From: Octopus sinensis | Taxonomy: Eukaryota | DNA: 64,000 bases | NCBI RefSeq assembly: GCF_006345805.1 | Contig: NC_043003.1 | Coordinates: 94,178,001 to 94,242,000 of the forward strand | Direction: 5' to 3' | Shown here: in pieces, positions 26,664 through 40,680 of the stretch | Numbering within the stretch: the first letter of the stretch is position 1 | How the letters are laid out: every line of letters begins with the position of its first letter | The notes under the pieces: model-generated | Databases searched by the model: none | Seen by the model: only the letters and a program-made list of their open reading frames with translations | Told to the model about the DNA's origin: nothing | Position numbers and translations under genes: made by a program

Positions 26664-26800
26664 GGTGAAGGCGTGTGGTCTGGTGAGTAGAGTGCTGCAC
26701 TCACGATTGCAAAACCGTGGGTTCGACCCGAGTGGTGACAAGTGTTGTTTAACAAAGCACTTCATATCAAGTTGTTCCGGTCGACTCGGCTGTAAAAGGT
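26664..26800 (+). mobile_element. tRNA-derived SINE (family 3)
   Basis: GAAGGCGTGTGGTCTGGTGAGTAGAGTGCTGCACTCACGATTGCAAAACCGTGGGTTCGACCC, with A-box- and B-box-like motifs. Confidence 0.55.
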
Positions 26801-27521
26801 TAAATCTACGATGGACGTGCGTTAGAGAGTGTTGCTCTATCTGTCTGCCTGCCTGCTTGCCTGCCTGCCAGCCAGCAGGATAGCAACTCTCATACCAGCT
26901 GGATGTGTGGACGTAAGCACAGTACAATGTACATGTGTATGAACTGTCGAATTTTAAAAATATCAAATTTATTGTAATAAATTTATGATTAGTATAACAC
27001 AAAAATAACGAAGAATATTCCATAGTTAAATATAATCACTATTTAAAGATGCTTCCATATTTTGTATTTCGCGCAATTTCCCAGGGTCCTGCGTATACAT
27101 AATTATTCGATAGTTATTAAACGAAGAGACTATTTGCAGATGCTTATACTTTTTATATTTTTCGTGAAGTTTTCACGGGTCCAGCTAGTATTTATAATTA
27201 CAGCAGAATTAAAAATTGCATTAATCTTTGTCAGCAACCGTACTTTATTTGTCTGTCTAATGTTGCATATGGTGAAAATTTCGTTTCGAAAAAAAGGAAA
27301 AATTCACTTTTTCACTGTGGTCCTGAAGATGTGTACTAGAAGTGACTGCCTGGAGTTTAAAGACCCAAATACCATCAGGCTATTGACAACAGACGTAGTA
27401 TAGACAAGCTGCAGAACGTCTCAAAGATGGAAAAACTTTCCTCCAAAAGATGGATTATGCAACACGAAAATACACGTATGTATATAAGTATGAATATATA
27501 TGCATATATATGCAATATATA

Positions 27522-27590
<69 letters not shown>

Positions 27591-27594
27591 TTAG

Positions 27595-27805
27595 TCATTT
27601 ACTTGTATCAGTCATTTGACTGCAGCCATGCTGGAGCACCGCCTTTAGTCAAACAAATCGTCCCCAGGACTTATTCTTTGTAAGCCTAGTACTTATCCTA
27701 TCGGCTTGTTATGCCGAACCGCTAAGTTACGGGGACGTAAACACACCAGCATCAGTTATACAAATGTATACATAAACATACACACACGCGCGCTCACGTG
27801 CACAC

Positions 27806-27891
<86 letters not shown>

Positions 27892-28040
27892 CGACGGGCT
27901 TCTTTTTCAGTTTCCGTCTACCAAATCCACTCACAAGGCCCGAAGCTATAGTAGGAGACACTTGCCCAAGGTGCCATGCAGTTGTACTGAATTCGGAACC
28001 ATACTGTTGGGAAGCTATCTTCTTACCATACAGCCACGCC
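27595..28040 (-). mobile_element. Full-length SINE family 1
   Basis: Same head, (CA/TA)n centre and 3' half as 929-1333; directly abuts the maT TIR. Confidence 0.85.
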
Positions 28041-28046
28041 TATATA

Positions 28047-29213
28047 CAGAGTGGGGTGAATAAATTGTCGTCTAAATTACGTAAAAATTAAAATAACACT
28101 GACATCTCATTTTACCAAAATTACATAAAAATATATTGAAATACTAGAGAAAAGACTTATTTAATAAAATCGCCATTGGCTTCAACCACAGCCTCCAGAG
28201 GACTTGGGAATCTCCTGCATCTCTTCTGGACAGTCTCCTTGTTTAAGTTGGTGAATGCTGCCATAATCCACGCCTTCAGTTCATTTTTGGTGTTACACAG
28301 AGTTTTGATGGTCTCGCGCTCAACACCGCACACATGGTTGCAGTCTAGGCAGTTAGGTACCGAGATGCTAGGGGTGATATCGTAGAAATTGTCTGACTGG
28401 GTGGTTCAGAGTTATGTTGCCAGACATAGGGTTTTCCAGGCGAACCGCGTGGATGCCAGCATCCATGTCGAGTCTGAGGCTGTGTGGGAAGAGAATTGGA
28501 GACATAACGTAGCTATCAGCGGCTGTTTGATTTTTATCATTCTCGGTACATGTTTTGAAGACACGGCAAGCCAATGGTTGTTCTGCGTGCTCGCCATCTG
28601 ATCTTGGCAGATATGTTTCTCGTCGGAGGAAAACCAAAGTATATTTGGTTGGTGGGAGGGGGATACTTGAGTACGTGGTCCTTCCTCTTGTCTTTGATGG
28701 CTTTGGATAAAAAAATTGCCCATTTCTCATAAGGAGTACTGAATTTCTTCATGCACTACCTACCTGATAAGAAACTCAGACGCTCGCATGTCCCTAGCGA
28801 TGAACCTGATTGACTTAGAGGGATCATTGACAATCATGGCCTGGATCTCACCAACAAACTCAGGAGTTCTTTTCCACTCAGAACGATCAGAGTGAGTTTT
28901 CTGAGTTGTCGTACCTTCGTAATCACCATTAAACTCACCCAACTCTTTCCGAAACGTCTGCACTGTCCTCAGATTGACACCCAAACACTCAGGAATGTTC
29001 GTATTGGAGCTTTTGGCACTAATGCCAAGCAGTACAGCATGTCGTTTCCAAATTTCTGGCAGAGTCATGGTGTTGTTTATCTCACAGACGGTGCCCAACT
29101 GACTCTACTATACTGTGTAGTCCACAAAATCAAAACCCCCAAAATTTAAAGACCATTAAAAATATGACGAAATTAAAAATATAATACTGCGACAATTTAC
29201 CCATCGCACTCCG
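28047..29213 (-). mobile_element. Tc1/mariner maT (DD37D-type) transposon, decayed near-full-length copy with TIRs and TA TSD
   Basis: TIRs CAGAGTGGGGTGAATAAATTGTCG and (reverse complement) CGGAGTGCGATGGGTAAATTGTCG, flanked by TA. HTH ORF 28760-29098; WFSSDEK catalytic motif; C-terminus VVEANGDFIK. Confidence 0.85.
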
Positions 29214-29249
29214 TACACAGACATGTATGTATGTATATACCTATACATA

Positions 29250-29273
29250 CATACATATATATATATATGTATA

Positions 29274-29323
<50 letters not shown>

Positions 29324-29348
29324 ATATATATATATATATATAATATAT

Positions 29349-29394
<46 letters not shown>

Positions 29395-29402
29395 TATATA
29401 TA
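29250..29402. repeat. Interrupted (TA)n microsatellite
   Basis: Directly visible tandem repeat. Confidence 0.95.
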
Positions 29403-30110
29403 TACATACGTATCTATGTATGTACGTATTTATGTATGTATTGATATTTACGCACACACATATATATGTTATGCTTTAACTTAAAACACCAATAATTGCG
29501 TCTTTAGATTCTGACTTTCAAGTTTTCAAACATTGAAACCCCCAAAGAAAAGGGAGATCGGTGTTATGCAGAATTCTATTTAATCAACTATATTTCTCTC
29601 CTACAAGCATTGATGTTTTGATTAACTTTGATAAGATTTTGTTAATTTCTCTCCATTCTTCAGACCGCTAACAAGTCTTTTGAGACTGAATTATTTACTG
29701 GAAGAGTTTGTTTCATATTACGAAAACATACTTCAATTTCGTATCTACTTTCTTTCATATTGTCTCTGCAATTTTGTTAATAGTATTGATTTTATGTTTA
29801 AGTACAAATACACTATACAAAGCACTTTAGAATCCTGTCTTTCTTATATCAGTTAGTGGGTAAGAGTGAAGAGTATGAACGTTAATTATGACAACGGCTG
29901 CAAGTTACGACACCAAAAGAAACCGGCTTTCTCAGACCTCTTGTGAGAGCCAACTCATCAGGTGATTAACAGTCGTTCGGAAATCATGTTCGATATCTTC
30001 ATGAAGAACAATTGCCTCACCACTGCTGAAGACCTAGGATAAGTGATGATGAGACGGGATATGAGACGCATCTCATTGTGTCTCACGCAAGTACGAGTCA
30101 TAGTCGATAC

Positions 30111-30144
<34 letters not shown>

Positions 30145-31879
30145 CGACGATGATGATAAGGAGGGTGAGGAGGAGAAGGAGGAATCAAAAATAAGTTGTG
30201 TTTTTCCAGATGTCGTTATGATCTCTTCCTGTCCAATATTAATCCACACACGTTAATATATGATAGATATATATAAAGAATTCTTGTTTGCGATTATACA
30301 GACTTTAGATTACTGAACTAAATATAATACAGTAATTAATCCCATGCAAGTAACATAATTTTCTAATCTTCCAGAATCAATGAATACTGTATCAGAAATT
30401 TGTATTAGAAAATTGTTTTAATACAAAAATTTTCACAATAATTAATGCACATATCCATTTTATGAAGCAGTTACAAAGCAGAAAACGCAGTAACCTTAAA
30501 CTATATTTCATTGGAAGATAATGCTTTTTAATAACATTTTAACTGCTACATAGAAATGTCATATTTCTATGTGGTATCCCCAACCGCCACCGGTTCCTTC
30601 TAATCAGGCATTAAATGTAAAAGTATTATGTAAAAGTATATAATACTTTCTTCAATGAGGTCCATAGGCACAGATTAAAATTAAAGTTTGCTTTCATTGT
30701 CTTTGTCGATCGGGAAGAAAATTTAATAAGGAGGAAAATTCAAATAATAGGGAAGAAAATTGAATTTATCATTGACAAGAGACAATAGAAACTCCGATGG
30801 ATGTGCGGATGTGTAATGCTCCCGAGAAAAAATAAAAGTATTATTGTATTCGAATAATTTTCAAGACTTTTGTGAATTAAATCACAATGATATCATTTAA
30901 TAATAGTCAATAATTTACTACCCGGGCCACAAAAGCTCTCGTTCAAGCGATATAATGGAAACATATTAGAAAGAGTTGGTATGTCTTTGAAAGTCAAGTA
31001 GCAATTTCTATATTTTTTTATTTCTCAAAGAACAGAGCTTTAGAAGGAAATCTATAAGAAAAGACACTTGACGTTCGAAAATAAATAAGAAAAGATATTG
31101 AACAAGCCAAATGATATTAAGTTAAATACAATATAATTCAATGGAAGAAAGAAAATAAGTTAATAATCAAATGAATACTATATGTTATGGATTGTGAAGT
31201 AATCTACAATAAAAAGTAGAAGAGACATGAAGATGAATTCGCCAATGTAATATAGTCAAATACTTAATGCCTCAATAGTAGTGCAATGAAGTAAGAATTT
31301 AAATGATATTAATTCTAAGGATTCGAAACTATCGGGCTAGACATATATTGAGCACTTTGACTACATTGCTATATCTACAAGTACATCGAGGAAAGGTTTA
31401 ATGCTAGACGCTTTCAAATAATATTGGTTGTTCTTAGAGAAAATATGTAATTTGCCATTTGTTTTACAGGAATTAAAGTTATTGTTGCCAATATACAGTC
31501 TGGTAGGGTTATTTCATCTCAAACAAAGGTTATTCATTTTTGCTCTCCTGTTCATTGTACGTATGTCCATGACTACTGAATAAAGACTTCAACATTTTAG
31601 ATTAGTACCTTGCGAAGAGGATTAAATTTATTCTTAGGTGAGAGATTTATTGGATCCCGTGGATATCAGAGTGGCAGGAAGTATGCTGAAATGCTACGAG
31701 GCAATAACAAGTGTAAGCATGAACCAGACTGTATCGCTAAGCTTAGAGCTCGACACCCAGAGTGAAAAGTACGTTCTGTACCATAGTGTCGTATGGTCTA
31801 GAGCAAATAGACTGGCGTCAGATTAGATCCAGAAGTCCAACTGAATAATCATTTAGACGTATTTACCAGCTGGGTGGCT

Positions 31880-32420
31880 AGTTCTACTTAAAATTGGATG
31901 CATAGTCCCTAGTATCTTGAAGATTTTCAGTCACACACGTTCATCCACTAGCCAGATAATGCAGCCAGGAGTACTCCAACTCTTTCATTGTATAGAAGTT
32001 TAGTGTGTGCAAAAGCGACAGCATTTTCAAAGAAAATCTTATGTCGACAAAGATGAACTGAAGAACCCACACCGGAAGATATCAGCACGGAAAATATGGA
32101 CACCTACAGAAATCCTTGATCTGATATTGTTTGAGAAAAAACATTAATGGTTAAGAATAAACTATACAGGCATGGTAGCACCACCTCCCAATATTAATCG
32201 AATTGTATGCTGAGCGAAGAGACCGTTCTAACACACTTGTGCAGTGTCTGAGAGTTGCTAACATTTAGTTACGCCAAACAGCTTTTGTCGCATGTTGGGA
32301 GACTCCAGATGAACCAGTCCTGAAGAGCATCTTGACATCTTTCTTTTACCACGAAGGAGGCAGCTGATAACTTCCTGAAGGCAATAACCAAAGAGAATGG
32401 TGATCAACAATAAATAGACT
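31880..32420 (+). mobile_element. Possible highly decayed RTE-type LINE 3' fragment
   Basis: Weak frameshifted resemblance to RTE C-terminal motifs (E.WT.T, FAGHCWR..DEPV). Not decisive. Confidence 0.3.
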
Positions 32421-33142
32421 GAAGGTAGAAATTTTTATCATCGTCTAAACTTCAAGGGATCCACTTGAAGAGAAAGGTGGGATTCAATTTTCTGAAATGT
32501 TTCGCTGAGAGGTGCTAGAACGGCCCGCATGAATGGATCTATTTTCAGAACTCATATAGGTCGTAAGACACAAGTCTGGCAGTGAATTAAATCCTGGTGG
32601 TTGGGGTAATTCCTGGATGTTTGGGGGCTCCTTACTTAGAATTAGGGATCTGGCACGTCTCATTTCATATCTTTGTACAATTTTGTTTCCATGCCTCTTT
32701 CATTCATAATCAATTCCAAATCATCCTCCACCAGATTTTCAGAAATTGTTCTTAGAATGTCTCCATTTGCCGACTTTTAGAAATAACTTCATCAGTTCTT
32801 CATCTTCTTCACTCTTAAGTCAGGCAGCTGTCACAAACATTAGAATGTCGGAAAGTACAATATGCGGCGGGATTCTTTGGGTCAACTTAGCTTTTCATCT
32901 TTTCGGATCGATAAAATAAAGTACCAGTCAGTAAAATAAGGTACCGGCAGTTATGTTGACCGCTTCGATCAAATCCTTTTTTTCAAAATTGTTGGACTTG
33001 CGCGTGATTTAACAGCTATTATTATAATCGACACCATCACCTCACCATCATCATCTGTAAACTCATCACCACCACCGCCGCCACCACCACCACCACCACC
33101 ACCACCACCACCATCATCATCATCACCATCGTCATCATCATC

Positions 33143-33290
33143 AAGGGCGGTGAGCTGGCAAAATCATTAAGACGTTGCTAGAAATTACTTTGCGATATTT
33201 TTTCCAACTTTTGACTTCAAATCCCTTGAGTTCGACTTCCATCCACTTGAGGTTCATAAATTAAAGCACCAGTCGAGTAATGGAGTCGAG
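33143..33290 (+). mobile_element. SINE family 2 fragment
   Basis: GGCGGTGAGCTGGCAAAATCATTAAG...TTCAAATCCCTTGAGTTCGACTTCCATCC...AAATTAAAGCACCAGTC. Confidence 0.55.
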
Positions 33291-33932
33291 TAATGTTCAT
33301 GTATCATTCTCCCGACAATGTGTCTGCCATGTCGTATTTACTCTAAGCTTCTTTTAGTCAAGCTCAAATTCCTATATAGTTCTTACTTCTTTTAGCTCCG
33401 ATTTAGCCCAATCAAGGAAATCTATGATCATGCCATGTTGGACTACAATATGTAATTGCTTTCTTAAAGCAGAAAGATAATACTTTCAGGAAAATTTCGT
33501 TGCAGTTTCTCTGAGGCTGAGTCACCACGTATTAGCACTCTCGGTAAACAAATATTAATACTGCCATTAATAATGCCATTAATACTGGTTAATGAAACTG
33601 ACTACATCTAATTTTCCCTTCTAACATTACGTAAGAAATATTTATGAGTATTTTTATTTATAACTGTTCGTTCAGATCCCAATAATAGGATAGATATCGG
33701 GAGATCTAATTTATATTGACTCACTAGATCACAAATGTTTACGACTGTGGACTTTAAATTATCCAAATTGTGTGTAACATATTAGTTTTATCAAATGACG
33801 TATTGGCTATTCTAACCATTTATGTCCAGGAATATCAAATCAGTTTGATATTATAGCTAAAACTAACCACCCATCATCAACAGTTTCTGGAGGATCAACC
33901 TATTCAAGATACCTATATAGAGAGATCTTCAT

Positions 33933-34285
33933 TTGGCGCAGGTATGGCTGTGTTGTAAGTGGCTTGTTTCTCAACGACATGGTACGTGGGCAGTGACGTC
34001 TACTATACTTCGGGCCCACCAAAAGCGTGTGAGAGGAATTGATCGAGAGAAACTGAAAGAAGCACATCGTATGTATATGTGTGTGTGGTTGTTCCACCAC
34101 CACTTCTAAACAACCAGTGCTAGTGAGTTTACGTCCCTGTGACTTAGCGGTTCGGCAAATTAGAACGATAGAATGAGTACCAGGCTTTTAAAATTTAAAA
34201 CATTCGACTAAACATTTTTCAAGGTGGTGCCCCAGTATGGCCGCAATCTAATGATTGAAACAATTAAAAGTAAAAGTAAAAGAAA
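33933..34285 (+). mobile_element. Diverged full-length SINE family 1
   Basis: GCAGGTATGGCTGTGTTGTAAG...GAAACTGAAAGAAGC...TTAGCGGTTCGGCAAA...GTGGTGCCCAGTATGGCCGCA...(AAAAGT)n. Confidence 0.7.
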
Positions 34286-35691
34286 ACGACTGATCACCAC
34301 TCACCCATCCACCTAGATGTACATGTGTGTCTTGTGCTGCAAAGCCAAACCTGCTGACTGGTATTACATCCAAATCACATATTATGAAATCATTCAGCAA
34401 ATAATTCTGTTTCAAAAGCTTCATAGGCCAAGCAAATTTATACAGCAATCCTACATAAACCATTTTCGAACTGATTATTGAATATTATCTTCAATAATGA
34501 TATTTATTCGTGAGGAAATAAATTACCATTTCGATATATTTAATGCATTTTTTCTCCGAGCATAATGTAAATATTTCATCATAATAATAGAAATATGAAG
34601 CAATCTGAAATCAGTAAAACAGCAAAATTATATAACTACAAAGGGTATTTATATAAGATTTACTATTAGAATGCACATTTATTCCAATTTTACGTTGCTA
34701 CATGTGGTATGCTTGAGTAGCGAGTAATAATATGGTACTATCAAGCTGGATCTGCGATTATGATAGAATAGACTCATGTCAAATCATTTATTTCTCTCAG
34801 AGACCATCCCCATTCAAGGAATGGGCTCTCAGAGAAATAAATTTTGTTTCATACAAAACGGTACTTAACCATAAAAGATTTCAAATGCCATTCAGAACCA
34901 GTCAAACTGTCAGAAACCCTTACTCTTCAAGGACTGGACTCTGACAGTTTGAGTTGCTGTTAGCATACTACGAGACGATGGAGCCGTGCCCTTTCATGAT
35001 TATGTTGTGTTATCTATGGAATATAAAATATGTCAATACTATTGAAGCTAAAGACTGAAACTACACAAGTATAATCCTCTGATAAATTTTATTCATCACA
35101 AAATATTTTGATAAATATCACACTTGTATCTATTAATCATGATAAAGAAAGGTAGAAAGATCAAAGTTTCCGGGTAATTAACTTTTCATTTGATCAGTTT
35201 TCCTCAGATCTAATCCTTTACTCATTATTTCTCCTTTCCCTCTGACAAATGTTTCTATGTTTTCTCTAGGCTGGTTTTAATATCACACCAGAACAGCTAC
35301 AAAATAAATATTTCCACATGATTGAATAATTCCTTTTTAAGCCTGCTTTAATATCTTGCCGTTAACTTTTATACAGATATTTATAAACTATTCAGATTTA
35401 CAATATTTTAAAAACAATTGCTCTATCATAATTTTATCTAGAGAATTCAGTTAGAAAATATTTTGCTGCTTACGAAATAATAAAGTTATTGCATAAGCAT
35501 CAAAAATCACATTACCGTTAATCTGTTTAAAACGCCTTGCTATGACATTACCAGTATCCAATAGGCTAGTTGGTTCATAAAGTTTTGACATGTAATCTAA
35601 GCAATAAATCTGAGTAATCATACGTACGATATTAGTAATCATGATATTTTTACCGTGAAAATGGTTCGCAAACCAAGTCATATGAAAAAGT

Positions 35692-35725
<34 letters not shown>

Positions 35726-36915
35726 ATATATATCTGTAGAAGAAATAAAGGAATTTAATGTCAAGACCTGAAGAACATATACTCAAAAATAATACATTTA
35801 CAAGATTCCTTTTATGTAAATATCAATATGCATGTTAGATTTCTGGATGAGAACAATTGCTGTTTTTATTTCTGGATTCTATAGATTTCAGGTATCAGAG
35901 AAAATTATGTAATAAAATGTAAAACGATTTTCAGCTTATTTGTCTTTCATATTCAAACAATTTCCATAAATGTTGTTGATATGTTGTTTCTACTTTTGGA
36001 AAGACATTTTCGTTTATCGTTAATTGCTGGCATTTATATATTTATCATGATATTGAGGCATGTAACTGATATCCACAAAGCAAACACACGTTAATTCACT
36101 TATGTTTTACTGAGTGATCATGTATGTCAAAATATGTTGTCACAAAACAAAAGTAGATATATTAGATCATACGCTTTCAGTCCCCCTTCATTCTCTCTCA
36201 ATTATGCTACGTACATACATCTATAGCATATAAACTTAGTTTTTTTCGAATAACAACTAGGCTAGATCTTACAACTCATCCATATTCTATAACTACATGT
36301 GATGTAACCCGCTTAATAATTATATGATATTTTTAGCAATTACGCCCGACAAGAGGTGCAAAGTGGTGGTAAACAGAATAGTATGACAACGTAACACAAT
36401 TCGTAGTTCACTGTAAGCTTCGTTCGTATTTCAATGATTAAGTTTCTTTCAGCTTTATAGCTGACATTTTGACTTCAAGAAATTATTCAAGTAAAGGGTA
36501 AAAAATCATGTGCTCTTATCTGTTAAGAAAAAACTAGAATTTATATGGAAGTTGAAAGCTAGTGCTTCAATTGTGAGAGTTGGTGAAGAATATGATGCTG
36601 GAAACCAAGGAGTTTTGTCCATATGTGCAGTTAAGGACAATATAATGAAATATAATGTAGAGGCAAATTCTAAATGATTATCTGTTGGGGCAAAGTGCGC
36701 ATGATAGTTGTAAAAGATATTAATCTTGAGAAAGTAATGATGAAGTGATTTGTTCATCAACAATCCTGTATAACAACGACCATGACATATATAATGAGAT
36801 TGATGCCGCGAAGTATCTGAATGTGTGGGCATCAAGAATTTTAAAACGTGTGAAACCGCGGTAAATGATGCAGATAGCGAACAAATCGAGGAATCAAAAC
36901 GCTCGAAGAAATTAA

Positions 36916-37100
36916 GCGAGTTGGTGTGGTTGTGTGGTAAGAAGATTGCTTCCCAGCCACATCGTCTGAGTTCAGTCCCAATGTATGGCACTTGGGCAAC
37001 TTGGCAGCTATCTTCTGCCGTAGTCTAGGGCCGACCAAATCCTTGTAAGGGGATTTCGTAGATGGAAACTGAAAGAATCCCATTGTATATATATACATGT

Positions 37101-37134
<34 letters not shown>

Positions 37135-37330
37135 GTTGCGTCTGTGTTTGTTTCTCTATCGCCGCTTGGCGTGTTTATGTCTCTGTACTTAGCGGTTCAG
37201 CAAAAGGGACCAGTAGAATAATTTTCAGGCTCTTAAAAAATGACTGGGATTGATTCATTTGATTAAAATTCTTCAAAGCCGTACCCCAGCATGACTACAG
37301 ACTAATGACTGAAACAAGTAAAAGATAAAT
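36916..37330 (+). mobile_element. Diverged full-length SINE family 1
   Basis: GTGGTTGTGTGGTAAGAAG...GAGTTCAGTCCCA...GGAAACTGAAAGAATCCC, then (TG)n, then ...CTTAGCGGTTCAGCAAAAG...ATGACTGAAACAAGTAAAAG. Confidence 0.75.
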
Positions 37331-37670
37331 GTAACCGATAAAAGATAAAAGGTATGATGGAGTTAACATGGAATTGTAACGGTGGTCATTATCCCGCAAT
37401 GGTCAAGGATTTAAACAAATGAGGCTTCTACGCCTACTAGTAAATCAATGTAAGCATTTTCGGTGATGTGAGACGCAAAGGCATAGATGCGGACCCTTTA
37501 AACTTTGTGTTGTCGGAGAAATTTGTATATCCGCGTGTTTTGAATGGCATAGTGTAACAACCAGTATATTTTTCCCTGCGAAATGAATATCTATCGCCAT
37601 GTTGAATCGCTAGCTTCTGCACGCATTTTTTTTCTCTTCTTGTTGCTCTCCGTGTTTCTTTTCTGTGTAT

Positions 37671-37706
37671 CTTTCTGTTGAAGAGCGTAGGCTCGAAACG
37701 TAAAAG
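37671..37706 (+). ncRNA. Minimal hammerhead-like motif, A6U core variant, all stems perfect
   Basis: CTTT CTGTTGA A GAGC-GTAG-GCTC GAAA CG TA AAAG. Confidence 0.6.
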
Positions 37707-37802
37707 ACTTGTTTATTTATATTCCTGAGCGCCATACTAATACAATTGTTTGTTTGTACTCCACCTGCCTTCGTCTTTTGTTTATTTTCAGAAAGCTTCC
37801 CG

Positions 37803-37861
<59 letters not shown>

Positions 37862-38024
37862 ATATATTGTCAAACTAACGTAGCAGTCCAGAGAAATAGT
37901 TTAAATGCTCCTGTTGATTAGCTCCGAGAGGCGATCGCATCTAACTAGTTATATGACGTACAAGCCTGCGTCCATAAACCTTCGAACAGGGGAGGTCATC
38001 AACTTCTCTTTGCTGGATTGGTAC

Positions 38025-38065
38025 CCATAGACCGGTTTCGGGATAGTTGTCCCTTATCAATGTGG
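38025..38065 (-). ncRNA. Degenerate hammerhead motif
   Basis: CCACA TTGATAA GGGA-CAACTA-TCCC GAAA CCGG TC TATGG. Stems are retained; core has C3U and G8A. Confidence 0.5.
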
Positions 38066-38316
38066 AGCAGCAGAGTCCAGTGGGGGCCGTAGTCGACCTC
38101 TTTTCGAAGGTTTTATTTATATATATTCAGTGAAATTCACCCACTGATTTAAAAAAATAGAAATATATCTTAGTGCTAGAGGCGAACGCCTCTCGTAGCT
38201 AATCACAGCAGCATTCGTCCTATTTCTCTGAACTGCCACGTTAGTTTGGCAATAATTATTAATACCCAGTACTGCTGCAGTATCTGTCCTTTAGAGAGAT
38301 TTAGAAATAATAACAT

Positions 38317-38350
<34 letters not shown>

Positions 38351-40404
38351 AACTTACTTGGAGAAGAGAAACGACGCGTGCGTTCGGTCATATAATAACA
38401 ATATAATAAATAAATAAAATATATGCATATATACATACATATATGTACATATATGTACATATATGCATATATTTTATTTATTTATTATATTGTTATTATA
38501 TATATATATATATCCAGGGTAAGGGAGAGAGAGGAAGAAGGAGAGATACATGCATATATAAAAAATATCTGTATGCATGTATTTAATCACTGCCTTGTCT
38601 CGCATTACATCCATGCAGGGTGTAGATGCCAGAAACGTTGTTCTCAAAGTTACCTGCTAAGGATGTAAAGATGCTACCAATTTTAAACAACTCACACACT
38701 CCATTCAAATGGTCATCGATTTATCACGAATAATCGATAATATCAAAGTGCAAAATCAAATCCTGCCACCCAATGTTACCTCTAGGCTTCAATTGATTGT
38801 TAACAGCATAATTGTAACATCCAAAAGATTACACCAATGGAGTTCTAGTGGTAAAAGTGCAGGATCAGATAAAAATATACAAGGAAAAAAGGAGTTTCGG
38901 CACCTTCAAGGACAACAGTGTCTTCAATATTCGCTGTAGTAGTTTCGTGGAAGTTACTGAAAAGCACTATTCTAGTAAATTCGTGGAAAATTAATCTGTG
39001 TATGTTGTAGTTTTAGAATACAATTTAAAAAGATTCGAGATAAAGAATTTTCATTGTTGCTTCAGAGTAAAAGTGAAACGGATGTCACAGAAAAGAATGT
39101 CAGAACCTGCCTGAAAGACACAAAGGGTTAAGCTGCATATTAAACGTTAATAGAGAAAGTAATAGTAAAGGAATGTAGCAAGAGCAGAGAATGCGATGAT
39201 GGTGAAGAGGACGAAAGAGTGTCCTCTCTGCTCTACGAAAATTCCGTGATAACGTTATTTGGTTCGTTGAACGAGTCAATAGAAACTTATGTTTTGCTAT
39301 ATCATCAAAATCATAGAGTCTCAAGGGAACTCATTACTTAGAAGCAAAGCCGATTTGTCTGAACACTGTTACGGTAGCTGTTAATTGCATTATTCCCAGT
39401 CGCATCAGACTTCGAGTAAGAGACAAGGCCAATAATAACAAGTTACCAACTCTTCCCCTACTCTATGAAGCTTATCTGTCGCCTTCTAGAAGAGCGCGAT
39501 ACTAATGATTATATAACATTCGGATTTTTTATAATGTTATATTGAATAATTTTATAGAACATATTTAGATGTATTTCATATATATATATATCTTATTATA
39601 ATCTCTTATTACAATCTCTTATAAAAGGCAGATTTTATCTGCCTCCCAAACCGTTTGTTTTTTATACAATTCTACAATATAGAATTTCTTCAATTGGAAT
39701 TTACCTATCAATTTTACAAGTAGATTCCATCGGGTCGTGGCATGTAAAGTTTTTTCAATTTCACCCCCAATTAAGCAAGAATTCGAGAAAAGTAAATATT
39801 TTACCATTTCCCTCTTTCATTTCAAGTGCTTCACTCCTACCATTACCACTACACTTTCTCCTCCTTCCTCTTTGCAAGTGTGCAACAATTAAAGTGAAAG
39901 TATTTATATAAAAGGGATGAGCAATTAATACTGGTCATCCTTTTTGCTAGAAGAAGATCCGCTGTGGTCTTATATGCTACACCACTGGTTTTCAATTCAT
40001 ATTAATCAAATTAGTATTCAATTTTTCACCCTTATTATGTGTGTGTGTGTATTAGCAATTCGTATAAAATTGCATCAATGACTTGAACTTGAATAAGTGG
40101 TTTCACATAAATGGGGATACATTGAAAAGGTTTGTTGTTATTATTATTACTGTTTGACTATTGTAATCACGTTTGTTGGTTCATCGTCAGGGAAACGTTG
40201 TTGTGTTGCATTTGTTAAATAATTGTAAATCGTAACCCTCCCCCTTTCGGAGAAGGGGCTTTGATTATTGTTTTAAAATTGAATTGTGTCCCTGTTTGGG
40301 GAAATTGACAATATTTTCACCGTCTTTACGGAAGCATTTTTGTTAAAATGCCTTTGATAGAAGAAAGTCCAAAAATGAATTTCGCTGCAGCCGTACACTT
40401 CTAT

Positions 40405-40526
40405 ACAAGATCCAATTGATCGAAATTGCAAGAGACGGGCCTACAATTCCAGTCTGTTATATATTTTGAGTATTTTTATCACTAGCGGTATCAAGATATA
40501 ATTTTGTATTTTGTATTTTATGTGTA

Positions 40527-40560
<34 letters not shown>

Positions 40561-40609
40561 TGTACATGTAATATGTACACATATATATATATACACATAT
40601 ATACATGCA
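40405..40609 (+). mobile_element. Non-autonomous Helitron-like repeat, copy lacking its 3' end
   Basis: Reverse complement of 43390-43576. Confidence 0.6.
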
Positions 40610-40680
40610 TAATATATCTACCCATACACACACACGTACACACACACACATACATAGGGGCAGGTGTGGCTGTGTGGTAA

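Noticed and set aside
29925-29966. Minus-strand CTGATGA...GAAAGCCGGTT hammerhead-like string
   Set aside because: Stem II closing pairs and stem I do not form; at best a very decayed copy.
31449-31530. Plus-strand acceptor TTGTTTTACAG with a short open frame (IKVIVANIQSGRVYFISNK)
   Set aside because: Weak donor (GTTATT), no recognisable domain and no partner exons.
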